Shown here: positions 13,121 through 21,803 of the stretch, one piece after another
Position numbering within the stretch: the stretch's first letter is position 1
Layout of the letters: every line of letters begins with the position of its first letter
IMG/VR virus record: IMGVR_UViG_3300027772_000121
Span: 1 to 29,870 of that record
Direction: 5' to 3' (one strand)
DNA length: 29,870 nucleotides
From: a virus
Lineage: Duplodnaviria > Caudoviricetes
Translations under genes and position numbers: made by a program
Notes under the pieces: model-generated
What the model was told of the DNA's origin: nothing
The model's input: the letters and a program-made list of their open reading frames with translations, nothing else
Databases searched by the model: none

Positions 13121-14494
13121 ATGGACATCGCTGATCTTGAGCGTAAGCTAGGAATTGATGGAATCTCTGCTGAACAGCAGATGGAGATCATTACTGCTTT
13201 GCAACAGTCTGCTGCTGAGAAGATTGCCAAGGCCAAGAGCGAGTCTATTGGCAAGGGTGCTGAACTTGTCATCCAAGGCTTGAAGAAGATCAAGTCAGAC
13301 ATGGAGCAAAAGTTTGCTCAGTTGAATGGCGAGATTCAGAGCAAAGTTGCCTCTGTACAAGATGGACAGGATGGCAAGAATGGCAAAGATGGAAGAGATG
13401 GCAAGCAAGGGCCAGCAGGATTAACAGGCCCAGCAGGACGAGATGGTTCACCTGGGCGTGATGGAGTTGATGGTTCTGACGGCACTGGCGTTGCCGCTGC
13501 TCGCATTGATTTTGATGGTAGCCTCATTATCACTCTTGATGATGGTCGTGAGATCAATGTTGGTGAGGTTGTTCCTTTTGATGTTGCTGAACGCATCAAA
13601 GTTATTACCAATGGTGGCGGTACTTCTCAGTCTGTACTTGATACTCTGACAAGTCTTCAGTCTCAAATTACGGCCCTGTCTGGATTTGTGAACTACAAAG
13701 GCACTTGGAACGCATCAACCAACACCCCAACCCTTGTTTCTAGCGTAGGAACAAAGGGAGACTACTATGTTATCTCTGTAACAGGCTCAACCAATCTCAA
13801 TGGAATTACCACTTGGACACAAGGCGATTGGGCCATCTTTAATGGCACTGCTTGGGAGAAAGTTGATAACACTGACCTTGTAACTTCAGTTGCAGGGCGC
13901 ACTGGTGCTATTACTCTGACCACTGCTGATGTTAGTGGTTTGGGAACAATTGCTACCCAAGCGGCAAGCAATGTCTCCATCACTGGTGGCTCAATCACGG
14001 GTATCACAGATTTAGCAGTTGCTGATGGTGGTACTGGTGCATCTACTGCTGGTGATGCCAGAACCAATCTAGGATTGGTCATAGGAACAGATGTTCTGTC
14101 TCCAAGTGGGTCGGCTGCAAGTCTGACTTCTTTCCCTACCTTTAATCAAAACACCACGGGCACTGCATCTAATGTGACGGGTACTGTTGCGGTTTTGAAT
14201 GGTGGTACAGGTGCAACTACTACATCTGGGGCCAGGACAAACCTTGGATTGGTGATTGGTACTGATGTGTTGGCTCCCAATGGGTCAGCGGCATCTTTGA
14301 CCTCATTCCCAACATTTAACCAGAACACTACTGGAACTGCGGCATCTACACCTAAACTCTTGACTACAAACTTCACAATTGAAGAAAGTGGTGGAAAGTT
14401 GATATTCAAGTATGGGGCAACGACAATTGCATCAATGTCTTCAACTGGATTGATTACCTCTTCTGCAAACATTGTCTCCAATGGAACACCTTAA
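13121..14494 (+). CDS. fibre protein with a collagen-like segment and internal repeats
   Basis: Gly-X-Y run (GQDGKNGKDGRDGKQGPAG...), YKGTWNASTNTP fibre domain, two GGTGA...ARTNLGL repeats. Confidence 0.8.
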   Translation: MDIADLERKLGIDGISAEQQMEIITALQQSAAEKIAKAKSESIGKGAELVIQGLKKIKSDMEQKFAQLNGEIQSKVASVQDGQDGKNGKDGRDGKQGPAGLTGPAGRDGSPGRDGVDGSDGTGVAAARIDFDGSLIITLDDGREINVGEVVPFDVAERIKVITNGGGTSQSVLDTLTSLQSQITALSGFVNYKGTWNASTNTPTLVSSVGTKGDYYVISVTGSTNLNGITTWTQGDWAIFNGTAWEKVDNTDLVTSVAGRTGAITLTTADVSGLGTIATQAASNVSITGGSITGITDLAVADGGTGASTAGDARTNLGLVIGTDVLSPSGSAASLTSFPTFNQNTTGTASNVTGTVAVLNGGTGATTTSGARTNLGLVIGTDVLAPNGSAASLTSFPTFNQNTTGTAASTPKLLTTNFTIEESGGKLIFKYGATTIASMSSTGLITSSANIVSNGTP

Positions 14495-14503
14495 AGGAAA
14501 ATT

Positions 14504-16063
14504 ATGGCAACCTCAACACTAGGTTCTGGAACACTTGTTCTTGCTGGAACCACATCAGGCACTACTACAGTCACGGCAACTGCGGTGGCTGGTACTACCA
14601 CTTTGACGCTTCCTGCGGCTACTGACACTTTGGTTGGTAAAGCAACGACTGATACGTTAACCAATAAGACGCTAACTGGTGCGGCAATGAATGGTACTTT
14701 GGGGGCAACTACTCCAAGTACAGTGGCGGCAACATCTATTTCTGCATCTACAACTTTAGGTGTTACTGGCGTATCTACCCTAACTGGTGGCGCAGTGGTT
14801 GAAGGCATGACAGTCGGTAAAGGCGCAGGTGCTGTAGCCACCAACACTGCGGTTGGTGCGAGTGCTTTGGCGGCAAACACAACAGGTGCAAACAATACTG
14901 CCGTGGGGTATGCAGCCCTTCAAGCAAACACTACTGGTTCTAACCTTTTGGCAGTTGGTGAGTCTGCTCTTGCAGCAAATACCACTGGTCATAGCAGCCA
15001 TGCTTTTGGCGCAAAAGCATTAACAAGTAACACCACTGGAAATTTTAACAACGCTTTTGGTAGGGAGTCTCTTTATTCCAACACCATCGGCATTAACAAC
15101 ACGGCTTTAGGAAATAGGACACTTTATACAAATACAACGGGGCAGTTTAATTCTGCTTTTGGACATCAGACACTTTACTATAACACCACTGGAACGGATA
15201 ACACGGGGGGCGGCTATCAAGCACTTCTTCGCACTACCACAGGCCAATACAACACAGCCCTTGGTAGTTCTGCACTTGAATATAACACCACCGCCAGCAA
15301 CAACACTGCTGTAGGTTATCAGGCGGGGTATACAAACACAACTGGCGGGGCAAACACATTTTTTGGTTATCACGCTGGTTACAGTTCTAATGCCACAAAC
15401 GGAAGCAATGTGTTTATTGGCTATCGTGCTGGAAAAGACATAACAACAGGTGTATCAAACGTAGTGCTTGGTGGTTACATGGGCAACCAAGGCGGCTTAG
15501 ACATTCGCACAGCAAGCAACTACATCGTGCTGTCTGATGGGGATGGGAATCCAAGGGCTTATTGGGATGCAAGTGGAACTGGGTTTACTGCCGCATCTGC
15601 CGCCAGTGAAATTGCTTTTCAAGTTAAAAACACATCAGCAACATCTCCGTTTGGAATGAGAGTTCTTCTTTCAGCGGCATCTCCAAATAACACAACACAA
15701 TATATATTTAATGGAACAGACAGCACTACAAGTTGTTTCACAATTTGGACAAATGGCACAACATCTGGTCGTTCTGATGAACGCCTAAAAACAAACATTG
15801 CGCCAGCCAACAATCAACTTGCCGATGTTATGGCAATGGAAGTTGTAAATTATGAATGGAAACAAAGTGATGGTGGTAGCAAAGAAATTGGTTGGATTGC
15901 ACAACAAGTTAAAGAAATAAAACCAAATCTTGTTTTAGAAGATGAAGAAGGATTTCTGCATTTAAAGCAAACCCCAATGATAGCAATCCTTTGGAAGGCC
16001 GTCCAAGAACTCAAAGCAGAGGTTGACAGCCTTAAAGCCCAAATCAACGGAGCATCAGCATGA
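14504..16063 (+). CDS. tail fibre/receptor-binding protein with 14-aa beta-roll repeats and a C-terminal S74 intramolecular chaperone
   Basis: Repeated NTAxGxxALxxNTT; SDERLKTNI...IGWIAQQV...AVQELKAEVDSLK. Confidence 0.9.
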   Translation: MATSTLGSGTLVLAGTTSGTTTVTATAVAGTTTLTLPAATDTLVGKATTDTLTNKTLTGAAMNGTLGATTPSTVAATSISASTTLGVTGVSTLTGGAVVEGMTVGKGAGAVATNTAVGASALAANTTGANNTAVGYAALQANTTGSNLLAVGESALAANTTGHSSHAFGAKALTSNTTGNFNNAFGRESLYSNTIGINNTALGNRTLYTNTTGQFNSAFGHQTLYYNTTGTDNTGGGYQALLRTTTGQYNTALGSSALEYNTTASNNTAVGYQAGYTNTTGGANTFFGYHAGYSSNATNGSNVFIGYRAGKDITTGVSNVVLGGYMGNQGGLDIRTASNYIVLSDGDGNPRAYWDASGTGFTAASAASEIAFQVKNTSATSPFGMRVLLSAASPNNTTQYIFNGTDSTTSCFTIWTNGTTSGRSDERLKTNIAPANNQLADVMAMEVVNYEWKQSDGGSKEIGWIAQQVKEIKPNLVLEDEEGFLHLKQTPMIAILWKAVQELKAEVDSLKAQINGASA

Positions 16064-16269
16064 ATGAAATCACCGCAGAACAAATCGCCCAGCACTACAG
16101 CGCCGCTATGGACAGCGTGAACCTCATCAACGGCGACAAGCCCGAAGGTATGGAAGATGCTGATTGGGCAGACTGCTTGTCACGCAACAAAGAGCATTTG
16201 AAAATCATGCTTGCAAAAGACTTTTGGACAAATGAAGATTTGGCTCCATTACAGGCGGCAAGTGAATGA
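16060..16269 (+). CDS. small fibre-associated hypothetical protein
   Basis: ATGA-coupled to the fibre gene. Confidence 0.75.
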   Translation: MNEITAEQIAQHYSAAMDSVNLINGDKPEGMEDADWADCLSRNKEHLKIMLAKDFWTNEDLAPLQAASE

Positions 16270-16505
16270 CCCCAGAACTCCAGAAATATTATGAAAGTCG
16301 CTTCTCAATGATGGGAAGTGATGGGTGGAAAGACTTGGTGGAAGATATTGACACCATGATTGCATCCCTAAATAATATATCTGTGATTTCTGATGAACAA
16401 AGCCTACAATTCAAAAAAGGTGAACTTTCTATACTAACTTGGCTGAAAACCTTGAAAGAGGCAAGCGAGAGAGCATACGAGGAACTCAATGAAAAGAATG
16501 TTTGA
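16266..16505 (+). CDS. conserved small head-module protein
   Basis: ATGA coupling; SDGWKDLVE...KGEL pattern is typical of small genes between portal and scaffold. Confidence 0.75.
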   Translation: MTPELQKYYESRFSMMGSDGWKDLVEDIDTMIASLNNISVISDEQSLQFKKGELSILTWLKTLKEASERAYEELNEKNV

Positions 16506-16722
16506 TTTTGCCTGTGCAAACGGGCATAAAACCGAAAGACTGACCGATTATGAGTCGATCAGTTTTAGGTGTGAATGTGGTGAAACAGCCAACCGCATTC
16601 TTTCTGCTCCTAACTTCAAGTTAGAAGGGTGGTCTGGTTCTTTCCCATCAGAGCATGGAAGGTTCGAGAAAAAACACCTGGATCAGTTGAAGTTTGAGCA
16701 AAAGCACAACTCACAAGCATAA
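16489..16722 (+). CDS. FmdB-like zinc-ribbon protein
   Basis: FDFACANGHKTE...CECGETANRILSAP. Confidence 0.75.
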   Translation: MKRMFDFACANGHKTERLTDYESISFRCECGETANRILSAPNFKLEGWSGSFPSEHGRFEKKHLDQLKFEQKHNSQA

Positions 16723-16771
16723 ACGCCGAGTTGATTCTCCTATAACCGAAACGGCAGGAAAAAGGGATAAT

Positions 16772-17530
16772 ATGTTGATTGATAACGAACCTGAGATGAA
16801 GAGTGAGTTAGAAGCTGAAGAATCCAAGTTGTCTGACACCATTGCGCCAGCAAGCCCTGGACTCCCTGATAAATACAGGGATAAAAGTCTGGAAGACATT
16901 GTTCGGATGCACCAAGAAGCTGAGAAGTTGATTGGCAAGCAAGCGCAAGAAGTGGGAGAGGTAAGGAAACTTGCTGACGAACTCATAAAGCAGAACCTCA
17001 GTTCAAAGCAACAGACTATTAAAGAGGAAGAGCCTGAAGTAGATTTCTTTGAGAATCCACAAAAGGCAGTTCAGAAGACTATTGATAACCATCCTGATGT
17101 TCTCGCAGCCCGTCAAGCGGGTGTGGATTTCAAAAGGATGCAGATTCAGCAGAAGCTAACGCAAGAGCATCCTGACTACAATCAGATTGCTCAAGATCAG
17201 GACTTTGTGAATTGGGTGAAATCCTCGCCTGTTCGCCTTGGTCTGTATGCAAAAGCAGATGGTGAGTTCGATTACGATAGTGCCAATGAGTTGCTCTCTA
17301 CCTACAAGCAGTTGCGTGGTGTCAAGTCTAAGCAGACTGAACAAGCGGGTGAAACCGCCAGGAAGCAGAGCATGAAGGCCGCACAAGTGGATGTTGGTGG
17401 AACTGGTGAGAGTTCAAAGAGGGTTTACAGACGGGCTGACCTGATTCGGCTGAAGATGACGGAACCTGACCGCTACGATGCGCTTTCTGAAGAAATTATG
17501 AAAGCATACGCAGATGGACGGGTTAAGTAA
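16772..17530 (+). CDS. capsid scaffolding protein
   Basis: Acidic and helical, directly upstream of the MCP; start set at ATG 16772 after AAGGG. Confidence 0.8.
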   Translation: MLIDNEPEMKSELEAEESKLSDTIAPASPGLPDKYRDKSLEDIVRMHQEAEKLIGKQAQEVGEVRKLADELIKQNLSSKQQTIKEEEPEVDFFENPQKAVQKTIDNHPDVLAARQAGVDFKRMQIQQKLTQEHPDYNQIAQDQDFVNWVKSSPVRLGLYAKADGEFDYDSANELLSTYKQLRGVKSKQTEQAGETARKQSMKAAQVDVGGTGESSKRVYRRADLIRLKMTEPDRYDALSEEIMKAYADGRVK

Positions 17531-17561
17531 CTTAACTTATCGTTTCTAAGGAGAAACAACA

Positions 17562-18515
17562 ATGGCAACCTCATTTTCCCCCAGTAACTCAGTTACTGTA
17601 ACCACAGCAGACAAATTCATCCCTGACATTTGGAGTGATGAGATTATTGCTGCTTACAAGAAAAACTTGGTTCTTGCTAACCTTGTTATGAAGATGAACT
17701 TCAAAGGGAAGAAGGGCGATACGATTCATATCCCCGCACCTACCCGTGGTTCAGCATCTGCCAAGGCCGCAGAAACAGCAGTCACTTTGATTGCCGCTAC
17801 TGAGTCTGAAGTAAACGTGTCTATCAACAAGCATTACGAGTATTCTCGTTTGATTGAAGATATTGTCGAGGCTCAAGCCCTGAACAGCTTGCGTAACTTC
17901 TACACCTCTGATGCTGGTTACTCCCTGGCTAAACAAGTCGATACCGACTTGGTTCAGTTGGGTCGTTCTACCAATGGTGGTGCAGGTACTAATGCTTACG
18001 CAACTGGCGCGTTCATTGGTGGTGATGGTACTTCTGCTTATGTTGCCGCAAGCAACAATGAGTCAGCACTGACCGATGCCGCCATTCGCCGCACTATTCA
18101 GCGTTTGGATGATACCGATACCCCAATGGATCAGCGTTTCTTCTTGATTCCTCCATCAAGTCGCAACACCCTGATGGGTTTGGCTCGTTACACTGAACAA
18201 GCCTTTGTGGGTGGTACTAATAGCACCATTCGTACTGGTGAGATCGGTAACTTGTATGGCATCCCTGTGTTTGTCTCAAGCAATTGCGACACTGCATCAG
18301 GTTCTGCTGCTGCAAGGGTTTGTATCATGGGTCACAAGGACGCAGTGGTTTTGGTTGAGCAAGTTGCTGTTCGATCACAAGTTCAGTATAAACAAGAGTA
18401 TTTGGCTACTCTGTTTACCTCTGACACTTTGTATGGCGTTCAGATTCTTCGTGCCGCCGCAAGCAGTGGTGCAGCCAAATCTGCATCTATGTTTGCACTT
18501 TTGGTTCCCGCCTAA
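17562..18515 (+). CDS. major capsid protein (HK97 fold)
   Basis: FIPDIWSDEI, GDTIHIP, GYSLAKQVDTDL, GEIGNLYGIPVFVS, DTLYGV; strong SD AAGGAG. Confidence 0.92.
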   Translation: MATSFSPSNSVTVTTADKFIPDIWSDEIIAAYKKNLVLANLVMKMNFKGKKGDTIHIPAPTRGSASAKAAETAVTLIAATESEVNVSINKHYEYSRLIEDIVEAQALNSLRNFYTSDAGYSLAKQVDTDLVQLGRSTNGGAGTNAYATGAFIGGDGTSAYVAASNNESALTDAAIRRTIQRLDDTDTPMDQRFFLIPPSSRNTLMGLARYTEQAFVGGTNSTIRTGEIGNLYGIPVFVSSNCDTASGSAAARVCIMGHKDAVVLVEQVAVRSQVQYKQEYLATLFTSDTLYGVQILRAAASSGAAKSASMFALLVPA

Positions 18516-18526
18516 TTGCAGTTGCG

Positions 18527-18557
18527 CCCCCTGCCATAGTGGTGGGGGGACTTTTTT
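18527..18557 (+). terminator. intrinsic terminator after the MCP
   Basis: CCCCCTGCCA-TAG-TGGTGGGGGG followed by ACTTTTTT. Confidence 0.8.
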
Positions 18558-18579
18558 AACCTAATTAGGAGAAATCAAA

Positions 18580-18903
18580 ATGGCTGCTGCTACCGCTGTT
18601 GTTGTAGATAGAAACAACGATACTTTCCGTGGTATTTTTAATGACACTTGGTCTGTTGTCGCAACGCTTGATGCTGGTTCTTTGGTTGATGGTGCGGGTG
18701 AAACCGAAACTGTTGCCGTTCCTGGCGTGGCTTTGGGCGATATGGTCTTGGGTTGTTCTTTTGCCGTGGATGAAGTTGGCATGAGCGTCACTGCTTATGT
18801 CTCTGCCGCAAATGTTATTAGTATTCGTGTTCAAAACGAATCTGGTAGCACTGTAGACTTGGCATCTTGCAAGATTCGTCTTGTAGCTGCTCGCATGGTG
18901 TGA
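18580..18903 (+). CDS. putative capsid decoration protein
   Basis: Follows the MCP, SD AGGAG, beta-rich (VAVPGVALGDMV...AYVSAANVISIRVQN). Confidence 0.65.
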   Translation: MAAATAVVVDRNNDTFRGIFNDTWSVVATLDAGSLVDGAGETETVAVPGVALGDMVLGCSFAVDEVGMSVTAYVSAANVISIRVQNESGSTVDLASCKIRLVAARMV

Positions 18904-18907
18904 GGAT

Positions 18908-18935
18908 AGGGGGGCTAGTCCCCCCTTTCTTATTT
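18908..18935 (+). terminator. intrinsic terminator
   Basis: AGGGGGG-CTAGT-CCCCCCT followed by TTCTTATTT. Confidence 0.75.
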
Positions 18936-18945
18936 AAGGGTTTCA

Positions 18946-19152
18946 ATGGCTACTTTCCGCTGTCTTCAGTCTGGTAACACAGTAAGTTTTACCTTGCAAC
19001 ATGATATTGACTCAATGAAGGGTCATCAGGGTTATGTTCGTATTGATGAACAAGAAGTGCCTGACATTCCTGATGAAGTGAGGACAGATACTCCCTTCAT
19101 GCCGCCAGTTGTACGGCGCATGGGTCGCCCAAGGAAAGTTGCAAATGTCTGA
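18946..19152 (+). CDS. hypothetical protein with a C-terminal AT-hook-like RRMGRPRK
   Basis: ORF track; TAAGGG RBS. Confidence 0.7.
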   Translation: MATFRCLQSGNTVSFTLQHDIDSMKGHQGYVRIDEQEVPDIPDEVRTDTPFMPPVVRRMGRPRKVANV

Positions 19153-19348
19153 TATAGACGCTAGAGATTTTGGAAGACTGGAGGCTCAAGTGGAAGCTCT
19201 CCAGACAGAAGTTCACTCTTTAAGCAAAGATGTGAAGGCTCTGTTGGAACTTGCCAACAAAGGCAAAGGTGGATTTTGGATGGGTATGACTATCGCAAGC
19301 ATTGCTGGCGGTTTCATCACTTTTATGACAGATAGATTGTTCAAATAA
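19145..19348 (+). CDS. coiled-coil protein with a C-terminal transmembrane helix
   Basis: MSDIDARDFGRLEAQVEALQ...GGFWMGMTIASIAGGFITFM; start at ATG 19145. Confidence 0.7.
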   Translation: MSDIDARDFGRLEAQVEALQTEVHSLSKDVKALLELANKGKGGFWMGMTIASIAGGFITFMTDRLFK

Positions 19349-19358
19349 GGAGAACATT

Positions 19359-19529
19359 ATGTATGGAATGAAAATGGGTGGTAAAGCCAAAGAGACTAAA
19401 AGTGCCACCAAGAAAAAGGGTGTTCCTGTGACCATTATGGTTGCGATTGGTAAGCCAAAGATGCCAATGCCTATGCGTGGTGGTCGCACTGCTACCAACA
19501 TGATGAAGAAGTCTGGGAGAGGTAAATGA
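19359..19529 (+). CDS. small Lys/Met-rich basic protein (56 aa), not in the ORF track
   Basis: SD TAAGGAG; MYGMKMGGKAKETKSATKKKGVPVTIMVAIGKPK... Confidence 0.75.
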   Translation: MYGMKMGGKAKETKSATKKKGVPVTIMVAIGKPKMPMPMRGGRTATNMMKKSGRGK

Positions 19530-19810
19530 GTTCACTATCAAGCGCAAAAACGCTTTTGAGCGCAGTTGTTGCAACTGGTGCATCTCAAGCTGTGCAAGCT
19601 GATGCTGGTCAACCCGCATTTCTGCAAGTTGTGGGCATCACTACTGCTACTGTTGCTTTGCAAGGCAGTTTGGATGGAACAACTTACGCAACAATTGGTA
19701 CAGCATTGACTGCTGATGGCATCGTAACCATTGCCAATGCTCCCAAGTATTTGAGGGCTAACTGCACCGCATACACCTCTGGAACCATCACGGCTAAAGT
19801 GTTGTACTGA
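19526..19810 (+). CDS. small beta-sandwich virion-associated protein
   Basis: ATVALQGSLDGTTYATI...YLRANCTAYTSGTITA. Confidence 0.7.
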   Translation: MSSLSSAKTLLSAVVATGASQAVQADAGQPAFLQVVGITTATVALQGSLDGTTYATIGTALTADGIVTIANAPKYLRANCTAYTSGTITAKVLY

Positions 19811-19811
19811 C

Positions 19812-19961
19812 ATGAAAAAGACTAAAGCACAAGCCAAGATTAGCAAAGTGATGACTGAGTTTGGCAAGGGTAAATTAACCTCCAATAAAAAGGTGGTCAA
19901 AGACCCAAAGCAAGCAATGGCAATAGCTTTGTCTGAAGCAGGAAAGGCCAAGAAGAAATGA
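19812..19961 (+). CDS. small basic protein, DUF6496-like (49 aa), not in the ORF track
   Basis: KISKVMTEFGKGKL...KQAMAIALSEA motif. Confidence 0.75.
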   Translation: MKKTKAQAKISKVMTEFGKGKLTSNKKVVKDPKQAMAIALSEAGKAKKK

Positions 19962-20137
19962 AAGCCAAGTCTAAAGTCAATCAAGCAGGGGTGTATACAA
20001 AACCCACTATGCGAAAAGCATTGTTTGAGAAGATTAAAGCTGGCACTTCTGGCGGTGACCCTGGTGAGTGGTCTGCAAGAAAAGCACAACTTTTAGCCAA
20101 AGAGTACAAATCAAAGGGTGGGGGATACAAAACATGA
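19958..20137 (+). CDS. small basic protein, DUF5872-like N-terminal part (59 aa), not in the ORF track
   Basis: YTKPTMRK...GGDPGEWSARKAQLLAKEYKSKGGGY. Confidence 0.75.
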   Translation: MKAKSKVNQAGVYTKPTMRKALFEKIKAGTSGGDPGEWSARKAQLLAKEYKSKGGGYKT

Positions 20138-20283
20138 GCAAGTCAGCAACTCACTATTTGCCTGATGGCAAGGTCTACAAGGGTGAACTGCACAAAGTAG
20201 GCAAGACTTTGATGACGGGTGCCAAGCACACACCATCAAGTAAGGTCTTGACGCATACTCCTCCCAAGAAGGCTAAGAAGTGA
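20134..20283 (+). CDS. small basic protein (49 aa)
   Basis: MSKSATHYLPDGKVYKGELHKVGKTLMTGAKHTPSSKVLTH...; start at the ATGA overlap 20134. Confidence 0.7.
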   Translation: MSKSATHYLPDGKVYKGELHKVGKTLMTGAKHTPSSKVLTHTPPKKAKK

Positions 20284-20513
20284 AAGACCCTCAACAGTCT
20301 CTCAAGGATTGGAGTAAGCAGAAATGGCGCACCAAGAGTGGTAAACCATCCTCTCAGACGGGGGAAAGGTATCTGCCAGAGGCGGCAATCAAGTCTTTGA
20401 GTGCTGCTGAGTATGCGGCGACTACCAAAGCCAAGAGGAAAGGCACTGCTGCTGGTAAACAGTTTGTTGCTCAACCAAAGGCAATTGCAAAGAAAACGGC
20501 AAGATTTAGATGA
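20280..20513 (+). CDS. small basic protein, DUF5872-like C-terminal part
   Basis: QQSLKDWSKQKWRTKSGKPS..TGERYLP...GKQFVAQP; GTG start in a GTGA overlap. Confidence 0.75.
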   Translation: MKDPQQSLKDWSKQKWRTKSGKPSSQTGERYLPEAAIKSLSAAEYAATTKAKRKGTAAGKQFVAQPKAIAKKTARFR

Positions 20514-20521
20514 GGTAACAG

Positions 20522-20824
20522 ATGAAAACTCCTGCATGGCAAACAAAAGCTGGTCAAAATCCCAAAGGGGGGTTGAATGCCAAGGGGAGAGCATCTTATA
20601 ATGCAGAAACTGGTGGCAACTTAAAGGCACCAGTAAAGTCGGGGGACAACCCTCGCAGAGCAAGTTTCTTGGCTCGAATGGGTGGAAATGATGGCCCTGA
20701 GTTCAAGAATGGTGAACCAACGAGACTGCTTCTTTCGCTAAAGGCATGGGGTGCAAGCTCCAAAGCTGACGCAAAGGCAAAAGCTAGAGCAATTTCCGCA
20801 AGGAACAAGGCAAAAGCAAAATGA
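20522..20824 (+). CDS. basic protein, DUF6321-like
   Basis: KTPAWQ...NPKGGLNAKGRASY...RRASFLARM; SD GAGGT. Confidence 0.75.
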   Translation: MKTPAWQTKAGQNPKGGLNAKGRASYNAETGGNLKAPVKSGDNPRRASFLARMGGNDGPEFKNGEPTRLLLSLKAWGASSKADAKAKARAISARNKAKAK

Positions 20825-21159
20825 GAGCAGTTTCAGTTGGTGCAAACCTAACAGCAACAACAAACACAACTCTTTTCACAATACCCACTGGGTACTATGG
20901 ACGGGTTGCTTTGCTTCGTGCCGCAAATGCCAGCGGCTCAAACAAACACATTACCTTTGATTGGACAGATACTTCTGCGGCTGCCACATATTCGCTTGTC
21001 TATCAAACAGCAGTTACTTCTAAAACCACCCAAGATTGGGGAAGTTCAATGGCGTATTTTGTGATGGAAGAAGGCGATATTCTTAAAGCAACATCTGAAT
21101 CTGCTTCAACTTTTGCTGTGGCGGTGACCATTGAACTTGAAGGAGTATCCAGAATATGA
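20821..21159 (+). CDS. small beta-rich virion protein
   Basis: TTLFTIPTG...FVMEEGDILKA pattern; ATGA coupling. Confidence 0.65.
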   Translation: MRAVSVGANLTATTNTTLFTIPTGYYGRVALLRAANASGSNKHITFDWTDTSAAATYSLVYQTAVTSKTTQDWGSSMAYFVMEEGDILKATSESASTFAVAVTIELEGVSRI

Positions 21160-21803
21160 CACTACTAGAACTTGTCAACGATGTGTTGATCCGCTTGCGT
21201 GAACCTGTTGTAACCACTTTCAACGAAACCACCTATTCCACTTTGGTTGCAAAGTTTGTAAACGATGCAAAGCGTCAAGTTGAGGATTCTTTTGGTTGGA
21301 ATTCTTTGGGGCAGACCATCACTGTGACTACTGTGGCCTCAACCCCATCATATTCACTCACTGGTGCTGGTCAGAAGTTTCAGGTGATGGATGCCATCAA
21401 CACAACCAGTAATGTTGGTTTGACTAACATCACATTTGTGGACATGAACCGCAAACAGAGTTTTTTGCCCCTGGTCAACTCAATTCCTACAGAATTTACC
21501 TTTGATGGATTAGATGCGTCTTACAACACCAAAGTCAGCTTGTTTCCAATTCCTGATGGCGTGTACACACTGAAATTTAGTCTGACAATACCCCAGGCAA
21601 CTTTGGCATCTGATAGCACTGTGGTTCTTGTGCCAGATGTAGTTGTTGCTCAAGGTGCGTATGCAAGGGCATTGGTTGAGCGTGGTGAAGATGGTGGGTT
21701 GTCTTCATCAGAGGCATACACACTATTCCGATCCATGCTCTCCGATTACATTGCTTTAGAGGCAAATCGGTATCCAGAAAATCAGCAATTTGTATCAACA
21801 TGA
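21156..21803 (+). CDS. head-tail adaptor / tail tubular protein A-like
   Basis: MTLLELVNDVLIRLRE...FVNDAKRQVE...W...LFPIPDGVY; position before the nozzle gene. Confidence 0.8.
   Translation: MTLLELVNDVLIRLREPVVTTFNETTYSTLVAKFVNDAKRQVEDSFGWNSLGQTITVTTVASTPSYSLTGAGQKFQVMDAINTTSNVGLTNITFVDMNRKQSFLPLVNSIPTEFTFDGLDASYNTKVSLFPIPDGVYTLKFSLTIPQATLASDSTVVLVPDVVVAQGAYARALVERGEDGGLSSSEAYTLFRSMLSDYIALEANRYPENQQFVST

Noticed and set aside
14504-16063. Diversity-generating retroelement target in the fibre genes
   Set aside because: No reverse transcriptase and no adenine-specific TR/VR repeat pair seen in the window
18490-18580. T7 10B-like frameshift extension of the capsid protein
   Set aside because: No convincing slippery site at the MCP end; a terminator follows and the next gene has its own SD
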